Source: Promethearchaeia archaeon (GTDB lineage: Archaea; Asgardarchaeota; Lokiarchaeia; Sigyniarchaeales; SOKP01). From it: DNA of 64,000 nucleotides. Positions 27,496 to 38,052 of the stretch are shown here, in pieces. Within the stretch, counting starts at the first letter, position 1; every line of letters starts with the position of its first letter. The notes beneath the pieces are model-generated. The model was not told the DNA's origin. It ran no database searches and saw only the letters and a list, made by a program, of their open reading frames with translations. A program made the translations under genes and the position numbers. The stretch lies in NCBI GenBank assembly GCA_029856145.1, contig JAHQWK010000001.1, positions 288,001 to 352,000 of the forward strand. Direction: 5' to 3'.

Positions 27496-29265
27496 TTATT
27501 TGGTTTTTTTCTTTGAGAGAGAGCGTTTATAATAGATTGAAGTTATGCATATAAAGCTTAGAATAATAAAAGAAATTCCAAAGACATCATATCCGGCTAT
27601 TGAGTCCGAACCCTCATATGGTGGTAAGGTTACTTGATAGGGAAGAAATCCATTTTTGCTAGCAGTAAAAATCTTATTATCTATTTCTATTTGAGAGAAA
27701 GGTACTTCAATCGTTCCATTTTCGTTTGTTTCACCTTTCCAGAGAAGGGTATTATTATCAGTATATGTAATAATAGCTCCTTGAACTGGATTTTCATTAG
27801 CAGTTACATTAAGAGTCATTGTATTTGTATTGTTGTTAAATGGTTGATCAATGCTTACATTAAGTTGTTTAGGAATTGAGAGCCAAATTGGAACTTCAGG
27901 GTCACCAAGTAAATTATATTGCTTAAGAGTTTTATTTCCCCATTCTGGATATTCCCTGGGTTCAGGAGAACTAAGTCTGTCTGATGCGTAATCTGCTTTT
28001 GCCAATGCCAATGCTTTACCTGGTTGATTAGATTGGAAAAGTTGTTCCCAGAATCGAAATCCCAATCCTTCAATGAACCAACCTCCATGATCACGTTCAT
28101 ACCATTGATCTTCACCCCAAACCACATAACTTCCTGCTACACAACCAATTGCAGCATTTTTTAAGAAATTTTCAGCAACACAATCCTCTGTGTAATCAAA
28201 CGTACCTACGGAACAACTACCAAAAAAATATATTCCTAATTGATCCATTTTTATATCAAGTAAATTTGTTTCAAATAGAATATTCCAGATCATTTCATCA
28301 ATTGCAGTTCCTCCTCCTTCGAAAGGATTCGCAGTATAATCAAATCGCATATCTCCATCATAATCTGTAACCCATTCAGAAATACTCATTCTATATTCCC
28401 TACCATGAGCTAATATAGTGCCAATACTAACTCCTTGAGTAATAGCATCTCTAAGATTATTATATCCTATTTTTGCATCACTATAATAATCAGAGCCTTT
28501 AACACCTTGAGTCTGAGCAAGAAAGTAACTAGTCCAATTATCTGGTAATAAAGTATTGTTTATATAATTATTGACTCGATTTCCATCACATTCTCCGTAA
28601 TCTATTTCATCGCCACCACCATCATTGAAATCCATATCATATTGAAGTATATCAGCAGCAAATAATGCATGTGTCATCCACTCCCCAATCGGAGGATTTT
28701 TTTCATAATCCAATATTTTTTGGACTAACTTATGCATTTCAGCTCCGTTAAATGCTGTTAACCGTCCTACATAGACCTCTGCTTCATAATCGAAATTATT
28801 TTCAAGCCAATCATTATCCATATCTCCGTAAAAAGAATCACAACAAACCACATCACCATCACCGGGATAACCATCATCACATGTTATATATTTGGTAGGG
28901 ACGTGATTTTGATCTCCTGCTAAAAGAACCCATTTTGTATTGTTATTATTATAATAACTCATAATACAATTCTTAATTCTTCTGGGAAGACCAGTTCCTG
29001 GATAATTGTCGACTATATCACTTATAGTTTCTATTTTCGATACTACTCCTTTCTGTGTTTTCCATTCAGCTAAGGGTTCAAGAAGTGGCTTAAAATACTC
29101 AGTAGTAATAATTAAATAATCTATATCCCCATTAATAGCGGAGTTGTTAAGAGAATAAGATTTTATATCATGTAGTTGGTTTGTGGTATTAGTTATATTA
29201 AAATTTACAGTGCAACTCATAAAAAAAATAGTTAAAATTAATAGTGTGGGTTTTTTAACTGTCAT
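27496..29265 (-). CDS. Secreted C25 (gingipain-like) cysteine peptidase with Loki-CTERM-like anchor
   Basis: Signal peptide; YLIIT, WKTQKG, VLLAGD, VYVGRL; catalytic AHG and SC; YNLLGDP; tail IAGY-TM-basic. Confidence 0.9.
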   Translation of the reverse strand: MTVKKPTLLILTIFFMSCTVNFNITNTTNQLHDIKSYSLNNSAINGDIDYLIITTEYFKPLLEPLAEWKTQKGVVSKIETISDIVDNYPGTGLPRRIKNCIMSYYNNNNTKWVLLAGDQNHVPTKYITCDDGYPGDGDVVCCDSFYGDMDNDWLENNFDYEAEVYVGRLTAFNGAEMHKLVQKILDYEKNPPIGEWMTHALFAADILQYDMDFNDGGGDEIDYGECDGNRVNNYINNTLLPDNWTSYFLAQTQGVKGSDYYSDAKIGYNNLRDAITQGVSIGTILAHGREYRMSISEWVTDYDGDMRFDYTANPFEGGGTAIDEMIWNILFETNLLDIKMDQLGIYFFGSCSVGTFDYTEDCVAENFLKNAAIGCVAGSYVVWGEDQWYERDHGGWFIEGLGFRFWEQLFQSNQPGKALALAKADYASDRLSSPEPREYPEWGNKTLKQYNLLGDPEVPIWLSIPKQLNVSIDQPFNNNTNTMTLNVTANENPVQGAIITYTDNNTLLWKGETNENGTIEVPFSQIEIDNKIFTASKNGFLPYQVTLPPYEGSDSIAGYDVFGISFIILSFICITSIYYKRSLSKKKTK

Positions 29266-29359
29266 TTAATTTAAATTTACAATCAAATATTTATATATTT
29301 CCCAACTTTTTAATGAAATTCAATAAATTCGGATATTATTAAATATTTGAATTAAACAA

Positions 29360-29527
29360 TATGCAACTGAATGCGTGGCAAAATTAAGTAAACTCCTCTT
29401 AAAAGAGGGAAATAAATACTGTTTCCTATTTACAGATTTAAGCAATCCTACATCAAATAGTATTTATCAAAAAATAGGGTACCATCCTGTCATTGATGAA
29501 AATCATTATAGATTTATTTCAAAATAA
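29360..29527 (+). pseudogene. 3' remnant of a GNAT (FR47-like) acetyltransferase
   Basis: Translates YATECVAKLSKLLLKEGNKYCFLFTDLSNPTSNSIYQKIGY...*; in-frame stop at 29348 and no ATG start. Confidence 0.8.
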
Positions 29528-29601
29528 TAGGTTTTTCAAAAAATAAAAAAAAGAAGCGAGAAAGTCTCCTGATTTTCTCCTGATAATTTTTAGTAATTTC
29601 T

Positions 29602-29886
29602 TTATTTCTTTTTTGGCTGAAGGATTTCAATCTCAATAGATGAGACATTGCTATCAGTTCCATCTCTATTTGTAATCGTTTCAGTGCCAATCAGAATTTC
29701 GCCATAGCTACTTCCTGATACAAATTTATTCATTAAAATTTCAGCTACGTCTACAGCCCGAGAAATAGACTGACCTCGAGCTAATAATCTCACCGGCTTT
29801 TCGCTTAAAACAACCATAGCAGCCATCACATAGGCCATTGATCTCTTTTTGCCAATAAAAACTTTTGAATCATCATCTTTAGGCAA
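29602..29886 (-). CDS. albA: DNA/RNA-binding chromatin protein Alba
   Basis: VFIGKK, ARGQSISRAVDVAE, NVSSIEI; SD AGGTGA with TTG start. Confidence 0.93.
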   Translation of the reverse strand: MPKDDDSKVFIGKKRSMAYVMAAMVVLSEKPVRLLARGQSISRAVDVAEILMNKFVSGSSYGEILIGTETITNRDGTDSNVSSIEIEILQPKKK

Positions 29887-30140
29887 ATTCTATCACCTTA
29901 TTGCTAGTTAGATTAAATTTTTCTTTTTTATAGTTAGATTCTTTTGTTTTCCTTAATTACAGTTTATCTTAGGTCAATTATCTATAGATAATTAAGTTGA
30001 ATAAACTAAGTTTAGATTTTAATGTTATGCAATTTGATTTTATTTTTCTTAATTCATTGTTATAAGTAATGATTAAAAACTAAAATAAAAGAATAATTTA
30101 AATTGATTGAATAAAAATGATTGACTAAAAAAATGATATA

Positions 30141-30917
30141 TTAGCAGAATTTTTTTCTAAAGTTCTTAATATATTGTTCTTTATCCTCATACTCATACCA
30201 AGCTGAGCCAATTTTCTCTAGCTCATATGCAGCATTATAAGCTTTATCACCCAAGTGATTGCTACATAGCTTAATTGCATTCAATACTGTTTGATTTTTA
30301 GTAAACAGAAATTTTGCCTTATCCAACGCAACTTTCATTAATTCTTCTTGGTTTTCTACTATTTGGTCTATTAAGCCGATTTCTAATGCTTTTTCAGCAC
30401 TAATTTTTTCAGCAAACATAAGTATCTTTTTTGTCCAAGGGATTCCAATGACTCTTGTCATCAACACTATGATACCCGTACCCGGAAAAACTCCTAAATT
30501 TATCTCAGGCATCATAAAAAAACAATCTCTAACGGCTATTCGATAATCAGAACATAACGTATACGCTACACCATCACCCATTGCTTTACCGTTAATTGCA
30601 CAGATGACTGGTTTTCCATAATAGAACAATTCTTGGATAGACGCTGCTGTTTTTTCATAGTCTTTTACAGCGGTCTTATCACTCCCATCAATTTCATTAA
30701 TATCCATCCCTGTAGTAAAAGATACTCCATTTCCAGTTAATATTATCCCTCTTATTTTTTCTGAACTTTGGCAAAATTCGATAGCCTTTTTTAGATTCTT
30801 TGCCATTTCAGTCGTAATTGCGTTTCCTCTATGGACTCGATTCAAATTTATGATTCCAAACTTCTTTTTTATCGAAAATTCAATAAATTCTCCAAATTCT
30901 TTATTTTCTGATGACAT
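30141..30917 (-). CDS. Enoyl-CoA hydratase/isomerase family (tandem paralog B)
   Basis: LNRVHRGNA, KPVICAING, MPEINLGVFPG. Confidence 0.92.
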   Translation of the reverse strand: MSSENKEFGEFIEFSIKKKFGIINLNRVHRGNAITTEMAKNLKKAIEFCQSSEKIRGIILTGNGVSFTTGMDINEIDGSDKTAVKDYEKTAASIQELFYYGKPVICAINGKAMGDGVAYTLCSDYRIAVRDCFFMMPEINLGVFPGTGIIVLMTRVIGIPWTKKILMFAEKISAEKALEIGLIDQIVENQEELMKVALDKAKFLFTKNQTVLNAIKLCSNHLGDKAYNAAYELEKIGSAWYEYEDKEQYIKNFRKKFC

Positions 30918-30940
30918 TTTTTATTCCCATATAATTTTTC

Positions 30941-31717
30941 TTATTTCAATTTTTTTCTAAAATTTTCTATAAATTCAATTTTATCTGAATATTCATACCA
31001 AGATGAAGCTTCCTTTTCTATATGATATGCCACGTGGTATTTTTTATCTGCTAAGTGATTACTACATAACTTTATTGCATTTAGAACTGTTTGATTTTTA
31101 GTAAATAAAAACTTAGCTTTATTTAATGCAGCTTTCATTAAATCTTCTTTATTATTTACAATTTGATCTATTAATCCAATTTTTAGAGCTTTTTGTACTT
31201 TTATTTTTTCAGAAAACATACACATTTTCTTTGTGTATGGAATTCCAAGGATTTTCGAAAAGATAACTAAACAACCAGTACCAGTAAAAATTCCTGAAAA
31301 GATTTCCGGCATTTGAAAGAAGCTTTCTTTGGTAGCAATTCGATAATCACAACACGCTGAATAGACAACACCCTCACCCATAGCTCTTCCATTAATAGCG
31401 CAAATTGCTGGTTTTCCATTATATATTAATTTACAAATATCTGCTGCAGTTCCTTCCAAATATTTCACAGCTTCATGATCACTCCCATCAATAGCTCCTA
31501 AATCTACTCCGGTACTAAAAGAAGTTCCATTGTTAGTTAAAATTAAACCTCTAATTTTCTCGTCCTTCTGGCAATATTTTACAGCTTGTTTTAAATTTTC
31601 GAATTGTTTAATATCAAAAGCATTTGACCTATGAAGTCTATTAAGTGTAATAATTCCAAATCGCTTTTTTATTGTAAAATCAATATATTCTCCAAATTGC
31701 AAATTATTTGAAGACAT
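30941..31717 (-). CDS. Enoyl-CoA hydratase/isomerase family (tandem paralog A)
   Basis: LNRLHRSNA, KPAICAING, MPEIFSG. Confidence 0.92.
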   Translation of the reverse strand: MSSNNLQFGEYIDFTIKKRFGIITLNRLHRSNAFDIKQFENLKQAVKYCQKDEKIRGLILTNNGTSFSTGVDLGAIDGSDHEAVKYLEGTAADICKLIYNGKPAICAINGRAMGEGVVYSACCDYRIATKESFFQMPEIFSGIFTGTGCLVIFSKILGIPYTKKMCMFSEKIKVQKALKIGLIDQIVNNKEDLMKAALNKAKFLFTKNQTVLNAIKLCSNHLADKKYHVAYHIEKEASSWYEYSDKIEFIENFRKKLK

Positions 31718-31829
31718 AATTTACATTAATTTTCAATTAATAAAAAACAATAATAAATTGATTTATTATAAGTGAATTATAGAGAATTAAAAGTTGATAA
31801 AAAGCAAGAACTATTTTAATTAAAGATAA

Positions 31830-33914
31830 ATGCCCGTTCACATCACTGATTTTTTAGAGGAAAAATCTGGTGTTATAAAGAATAAAGACTTAAAGAAATC
31901 GCTAAACTTAAAGCAAGTTTTTACCTCAATTAATCAGCATTTATACGGAAAATTAAAATATACAGACACTGATACTAGGGCGCGTTCTAAGCAAATTATT
32001 AATCTCCTTCTATGTAAATTGGTCGATGAAATTAATAAAAAGCCCGAAGAAGAAGTAGATTTTTGTATTAGAAATGGTGAATCTGATAAAGAACTATATA
32101 CCCGAATTCAAGCCTTTTTCAATGAGAATGTACGAGAAAAATACAAAGATGTTATGGATGAGAATGAGCAAATCACATTGAATAAGGAACTTATTTCTTT
32201 AATTGTAAAAGAATTAGAATATATTTCACTTCTTCAATCATCTAAAGATATTTTAAGTGATGCTTTCGAAATTTTTGTTAGTAAGATTTTAAAAGATGAA
32301 GCAGGACAGTTCTTTACTCCACCTAATATAGTAAAATTTATGGTTAATTATTTAGATCCTAAGGTCGATTCAAGAATTTTGGATCCTGCCTGTGGTCATG
32401 GAGGATTTCTACTTGAAGCAAAAGAAGTCTTATGGTCAAAATTAGATTCAAAAAATAAAAGAGTTGAATCAATTTCAAATCTTTTCGGTATAGATAAGGA
32501 CTTATTCTTAGTAAAAATCAGTAAATTATATTTAGAAATATTAAGCAACGGAAAATCTAATATTTTTTGTGAAGATTCTTTAGATCCAAAGAGTTATAGG
32601 GCCCAAACCCAGGATATTATAAAAAACAACTCTTTTGACTATATTTTTACTAATCCTCCTTTTGGTGTTAAAATTCCTATAAATAATAAAGAAGTTCTAT
32701 CAAATTATCAACTAGGGCATATTTGGAAAAATATTGATGATAAATGGGAAATACAAAATAAATTAGTGAAACAACAAGCACCTCAAGTTTTGTTCATTGA
32801 ACGGTGTATTCAGTTACTTAATGATGGGGGGAAATTAGCTATAGTTTTACCGGAAGGAATTTTCGGAAATCCTACAGATCGCTATATATGGGAATATCTA
32901 ACATCTAATGGTAAAATTTTGACTATTGTCTCATTGGATCAAAACACCTTTCAGCCTTACACATGTAATAAAACAAGCATCTTATTTTTTGAAAAGTTAA
33001 ACACAATACCAAAAGATTATGTAATCAATTTTGCGATTGTAGAAAATGTTGGTCATGATAAAGACGGAAAAGTTTTATATAAACTGAATAAAGATGGAAG
33101 CCGAAAGTTAGACTCTGCTGGGGATCCAATAGTAAATGATGATCTAATAGGTTTGCATTTAAAAATTAGACAAGCTGAAGAATTCAATTATTTGAAGGAA
33201 CAAAAAATCTTTAAGATTAAATATAGTCAAATTAAAAATAAGGTTTTCATTCCAATTTATTATACCGGGGTAGAAAAGACTTTAAAAAAGCTTGCCAGTG
33301 ATAAAAATTTCACACTTCTCACTATTAAAGATCTCGCGAACAAGAAAATAATTTATACTAATAAAGGTGGGTATCTTCCTCGAGGAGATGAAATTGGTTC
33401 ACATGTCTATGGTTTAGGTGATATTCCATTTATACGAACTAGTGAAATTAACAATTGGGAAATAAATTTGGATTCTTATAAAAAAACTAGTGAAGAAGTG
33501 TATGAGCAATATAAACTTAAACAGAATATCGAGGAAGGTAATATTCTACTAGTCAAGGATGGTGGTCCAAATCTGATTGGGAAAACAGCTTACATAACAG
33601 ACTTAGATACCAAAATTATAATTCAAAGTCATATATTCCAAATTAAAGCCGTAGAAAATGATGAATTCATAGATTCTTACCTTCTATTGCACCTATTAAA
33701 TTTGGATATTGTTCAAAAACAAATACAAGCAATTACTTTTGTTCAAGGGACTATTGCAACCATTGGAAATCGAATAATGGAAGTCGTTTTACCAATTCCT
33801 TCTGATATGCATAAACGAAAAGAAATCTCGAGACAAATTAAAAATATTATAGAAGATAAAAAGAAAATTCGTAGACAAATCAGAAGTCTATCATTAAAAT
33901 ACTCATTAGATTAA
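31830..33914 (+). CDS. N6-adenine DNA methyltransferase (HsdM-like) fused to a single HsdS-like target recognition domain
   Basis: GQFFTP, ILDPACGHGGFL, NPPF, LAIVLPEG; C-terminal IPFIRTSEI...GNILLVKDG...IGKTA...VLPIP. Confidence 0.9.
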   Translation: MPVHITDFLEEKSGVIKNKDLKKSLNLKQVFTSINQHLYGKLKYTDTDTRARSKQIINLLLCKLVDEINKKPEEEVDFCIRNGESDKELYTRIQAFFNENVREKYKDVMDENEQITLNKELISLIVKELEYISLLQSSKDILSDAFEIFVSKILKDEAGQFFTPPNIVKFMVNYLDPKVDSRILDPACGHGGFLLEAKEVLWSKLDSKNKRVESISNLFGIDKDLFLVKISKLYLEILSNGKSNIFCEDSLDPKSYRAQTQDIIKNNSFDYIFTNPPFGVKIPINNKEVLSNYQLGHIWKNIDDKWEIQNKLVKQQAPQVLFIERCIQLLNDGGKLAIVLPEGIFGNPTDRYIWEYLTSNGKILTIVSLDQNTFQPYTCNKTSILFFEKLNTIPKDYVINFAIVENVGHDKDGKVLYKLNKDGSRKLDSAGDPIVNDDLIGLHLKIRQAEEFNYLKEQKIFKIKYSQIKNKVFIPIYYTGVEKTLKKLASDKNFTLLTIKDLANKKIIYTNKGGYLPRGDEIGSHVYGLGDIPFIRTSEINNWEINLDSYKKTSEEVYEQYKLKQNIEEGNILLVKDGGPNLIGKTAYITDLDTKIIIQSHIFQIKAVENDEFIDSYLLLHLLNLDIVQKQIQAITFVQGTIATIGNRIMEVVLPIPSDMHKRKEISRQIKNIIEDKKKIRRQIRSLSLKYSLD

Positions 33915-34024
33915 TTATTTAATCCTTTTTTAGTCTAAGTTCTGTTAAGCAAATTTTAGAAAATATTAGTATTTTAACCTAAAAATTACTAAAATTCAAA
34001 ATTCTTAAAAATTAACTATCTCCT

Positions 34025-34462
34025 ATGAAGATCGAAAAATTCTCTATGGAATCCTATGATGATATTATTACACTTTGGAGGAAAGCGGGAATTAATGTAG
34101 GATCTACAGACACGAAAGAAGAAATCGAAATAATGGTTAAACGAAATCCTCAGCTTTTCTTAGTAGGAATTTTAGATCAAAAGTTGATAAGTGTAGTTAT
34201 GGGTGGATTCGATGGGAGAAGAGGGTATGTCCATCATCTTGCCGTTGATCCGGATTATCAGAAAAAAGGATATGGGAAAATGATGATGGATGAGTTATTA
34301 GTTAGTTTTCGTAAAATGGGAGTACATAAAGTTCATTTATTTATAGAAAAATATAATAAAGAAGTCGTTAAGTTTTACCACAATTTGGGTTGGGAGATCA
34401 GAGATGACTTAATTATGATGAGTTATATTCCAGATAAAAATTTATATAAAATGAGGATTTAA
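34025..34462 (+). CDS. GNAT acetyltransferase (YpeA-like)
   Basis: GFDGRRGYVHHLAVDPDYQKKGYG. Confidence 0.92.
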   Translation: MKIEKFSMESYDDIITLWRKAGINVGSTDTKEEIEIMVKRNPQLFLVGILDQKLISVVMGGFDGRRGYVHHLAVDPDYQKKGYGKMMMDELLVSFRKMGVHKVHLFIEKYNKEVVKFYHNLGWEIRDDLIMMSYIPDKNLYKMRI

Positions 34463-34583
34463 CATAAATTTCAATTCTGAAATATAATTAAAATTATATC
34501 TTTCTATACCAATTTATTAAAAGTTTTAAATAATATTGAAATGAATAATATTACATATTTCTAAAAAACATAATTGATAGGAA

Positions 34584-36383
34584 ATGAATATTGAAATGAG
34601 TCAAGAAGATCTAATAAAATTTTATGGAATAAATAAGAAATGGCCAAAAGAAACGCCAAGACATATTGAATATGATACGATTCCTTTAGGAGAACTTTTA
34701 AGTATGACGGCTCTAAAATATCCTGATTCCGAAGCCATATATTTTGAGGGTTTTCGTATGACATATTTAGAATTAGATACTCTTGTAGATCAATTTGCTA
34801 CCGCATTATCTAAATTAGGAGTAAAAAAAGGAGATGTTGTATGCATTGATTTACCAAATATGCCCCAATACGTTATTGCTCATTGGGCAACTGTCCGAAT
34901 TGGTGCAACTTCTAATCCAATACTTCCTGTAAATCGATATGTTGAGATTGTCCATCAAGTAAATGATTCAAAATCTAATACCTTGTTAATATTAGATTAT
35001 TTGTATAAAGAATACCTCCTTGGTAAGGATCTAAGTAAAATGCCTACATTAAAACAAATAATTTTAACTGGATCAGCAGAATACTTACCACCAATGAAAG
35101 CTAAACTAGGGACCGCATTAGGTAAAGTTCCTAGAATGAAAGAATGGCCAGAAAAAGTAGGAACTATCACATTTCATAAATTTCAAGAAGTATTAAAAGA
35201 TGGACTTCCAATAAACGTTCCAAAAGTAGATATAAATCTTAAAGAAGATATTTCTGTTTTAATATATACGGGAGGTACTACTGGTGTTCCAAAAGGAGTA
35301 ATGACGTCTCACTATTCGATGGTAATCAACGCCCTTCAGGTAGATATCTGGGCTTCTACACAATTACCAAAAATGAATGAGCTAAAAGGTAAAGGGGGAA
35401 TGATGTTAGTAGTACCACTTGCTCATTCTTTTGGTAACATTGGTATGACAGTTTCTGTATTAGAAGGCTGGAAAATGATCTTATTACCACGACCTCCAGA
35501 AAAAATATCAAACATACTAAAAATAATGATGAAGGAGAAAGCTACATACATGCCGGGAGTCCCTACGCTTTATATAAAAATAAACGAAGATCCTAATTCC
35601 AGTAAATATAAAGGCAAATTAGACACACTTATAGCATGTATAAGCGCAGCTTCAGCAATACCTGAGGAGGTTAAAAATGAGTTTGAAAAACTAACTGGTG
35701 TGAGTATTGTAGAGGGGTATGGAATGTCAGAATGTTCTCCAGTAGTTTCTTTAAACCCATTTAAAAAATCACTTCAAAAAGTAAATACTGTTGGTTTACC
35801 TCTCTCTGATACAATACTTAAAATAGTAGATGCTGAGACTGGTACAAAAATACTATCTCCCTGTCCAAATGAAAGTTGTGAAAATTGTGGCGAAGATGAG
35901 CTACAATATATTGGAGAAATATGTTGTACAGGTCCGCAAATTATGACCGGATATTTAGGAAGAAAAGATGATACAGAGTATGCAATAAGAAAAGACTCTA
36001 AAGGGATAAAATGGTATTATACTTCTGATATAGGATGCATTGATAATGATGGTTATTTACGTATTAAAGATAGAAAGAGAGATATGATCAAAAGAAAGGG
36101 TCATGCTGTGTTTCCAAGAGAAGTCGAAGACTTTATTTATATGCACGAAGCAGTAAGTGAAGTAGGCGTTATCGGGGTACCCGATCCAGAAACGGGACAA
36201 GAAATTAAAGCATTTGTTTCACTTAAACCTGAGTACAAAGGAAAAGTAACCAAAGAAGAACTCATAGAATGGTGTCAAAATAATATTAGTCCTTATAAGT
36301 ATCCGAGAATGATTGAGATTGTTCCTGAATTACCAAAATCTGTCATAGGAAAAATTTTAAGACGTGAATTACGTAAAGAATAA
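34584..36383 (+). CDS. Long-chain acyl-CoA synthetase
   Basis: YTGGTTGVPKG, EGYGMSE, DRKRDMI, LPKSVIGK. Confidence 0.93.
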   Translation: MNIEMSQEDLIKFYGINKKWPKETPRHIEYDTIPLGELLSMTALKYPDSEAIYFEGFRMTYLELDTLVDQFATALSKLGVKKGDVVCIDLPNMPQYVIAHWATVRIGATSNPILPVNRYVEIVHQVNDSKSNTLLILDYLYKEYLLGKDLSKMPTLKQIILTGSAEYLPPMKAKLGTALGKVPRMKEWPEKVGTITFHKFQEVLKDGLPINVPKVDINLKEDISVLIYTGGTTGVPKGVMTSHYSMVINALQVDIWASTQLPKMNELKGKGGMMLVVPLAHSFGNIGMTVSVLEGWKMILLPRPPEKISNILKIMMKEKATYMPGVPTLYIKINEDPNSSKYKGKLDTLIACISAASAIPEEVKNEFEKLTGVSIVEGYGMSECSPVVSLNPFKKSLQKVNTVGLPLSDTILKIVDAETGTKILSPCPNESCENCGEDELQYIGEICCTGPQIMTGYLGRKDDTEYAIRKDSKGIKWYYTSDIGCIDNDGYLRIKDRKRDMIKRKGHAVFPREVEDFIYMHEAVSEVGVIGVPDPETGQEIKAFVSLKPEYKGKVTKEELIEWCQNNISPYKYPRMIEIVPELPKSVIGKILRRELRKE

Positions 36384-36476
36384 GATTAAATATTTTTAAT
36401 TTTCTTTTTAATTTTATAATTTAATCATAAACTATTCTTTTAATGAAAAAATAAAAAAATGAAAATTAGTATTTGT

Positions 36477-37499
36477 TCATGAGATATTTGAACATAACTT
36501 CTTTAACATTTTTTCAGCTTTGTTTGTAAAACCTGAAACTATATCGCTGACGTCTAATATGGAATCGATTAAACCACACGTTTGTCCTACTGGAACAGCT
36601 CCATCAACGGTATCACCTTTTGTATAGACTATTTCATAAGCAATAAGATCTTTTAAATAAGTATCCATATCATAAGCTAATTCTTGAGAAATTTTATCTT
36701 CTTTAGTCATTGTTTCACCATGTTCTAGGCAATACTTATTTTTCAATAGTCTAATCGGTCCAAAACCTCCGGTAGTAAGCATAGTATCCCGTGCTGTAGC
36801 AGGAGGAATAAGGTCTTTATATTTTTGATGAAATTCGCTCTCATTACAAGCAATAAATCGTGTTCCCATAGCTATAGCGTCTGCTCCCATAGCCAATCCT
36901 GCAGCAACACCCTCTGGGGTGGCAAAACCTCCACATCCTATTAGTAATTTATCAGGATATTTTTGGGCAACTTGTTGTAACAATACTAATGTTGTTACCT
37001 CTTCGTAACTTTGATGACCACCGCCTTCGGTACCTGTTGCTACAATCCCATCACAACCGGATTCTACTATTTTATCAACAAGCCATAAAGCTGGCCCAAC
37101 ATGAAAATGATACATATCAGGTGCTTTTGCTTTCCACATTTTTCCTGCAACTCGAGGCCCTCCAGCACTAGTTAATGCATAAATTAATTGTTCTCTTAAT
37201 TTAGGGTTTTCTTTACGCCATTGGGGGATTTTTCTTAACAATACCTTATGATCAGTTTGGATTCGAGCAACACGCACATTTATGCCAAAGGGTTTATCAG
37301 TATGTTCTACAACATAATCTAATTGCTCTTTAAAATCCTTAACTGAATTCTTCCCTCGTAATGTAGCATGACTTACAACGCCTAATCCACCTGCTTCTGA
37401 AACTGCAATTGCTAATTTAGTTGTATAGAATGGACCCATAGGAGCACTAATAATAGGATACTTTATCCCAAATTTTTCAGTTATTCTTGTTTTAATCAA
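36477..37499 (-). CDS. Nitronate monooxygenase / FabK-like flavoenzyme
   Basis: YPIISAPM, AVSEAGGLG, EGGGH, MGTRF, GQTCGLI. Confidence 0.88.
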   Translation of the reverse strand: MIKTRITEKFGIKYPIISAPMGPFYTTKLAIAVSEAGGLGVVSHATLRGKNSVKDFKEQLDYVVEHTDKPFGINVRVARIQTDHKVLLRKIPQWRKENPKLREQLIYALTSAGGPRVAGKMWKAKAPDMYHFHVGPALWLVDKIVESGCDGIVATGTEGGGHQSYEEVTTLVLLQQVAQKYPDKLLIGCGGFATPEGVAAGLAMGADAIAMGTRFIACNESEFHQKYKDLIPPATARDTMLTTGGFGPIRLLKNKYCLEHGETMTKEDKISQELAYDMDTYLKDLIAYEIVYTKGDTVDGAVPVGQTCGLIDSILDVSDIVSGFTNKAEKMLKKLCSNIS

Positions 37500-37629
37500 T
37501 TTTTATTTCACTTAAAAAACTAAAATTATGATAGTTTAATCTTGCTTTTTAGAAGTAAAAAAGTTATCTAAATTGAATCTATTGGAAAAATAGACTAATT
37601 AAAATTTTTCTTCACATTTTTTACAAACT

Positions 37630-37756
37630 GTTTATGGGGCTAATGCTCCTGACTATAATATTGGAATATAGGGATCCTTGACACGGTCTGGTATACGTTA
37701 GATAATGGAATAACAATATAATAATAAATACATTGAAAGGTACAATTGATTTCTAA
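37630..37756 (+). pseudogene. Decayed fragment of an Ig-like repeat from a Loki-type surface protein
   Basis: VYGANAPDYNIGI*, then frameshifted LDTVWYTLDNGIT and TLKGTID. Confidence 0.5.
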
Positions 37757-38052
37757 CATTAAAAATTAAAAGAAAGGAAGCAAAAAATTCATGGGTTTTC
37801 GCAAATACTTCTAACAATTGGAACTCTTTATCAGTCAATTCATTCATTTGAATTTTTGAAATCCTTCAGCATCTAATCGGTCATTACACAATTTATCGCA
37901 TTTTTGCTTTTGGGGGGGCCATATAACAGAATTTTGACGTGTTTTTTTCATAATATCAAGGTTTATTAAATTTAAAGATATTTCTTATATACTTGAAATG
38001 AGAAATTCAAAAGTCTCAAGTATAGAATTAAAAATTAAAATTTGGTGAAAGT

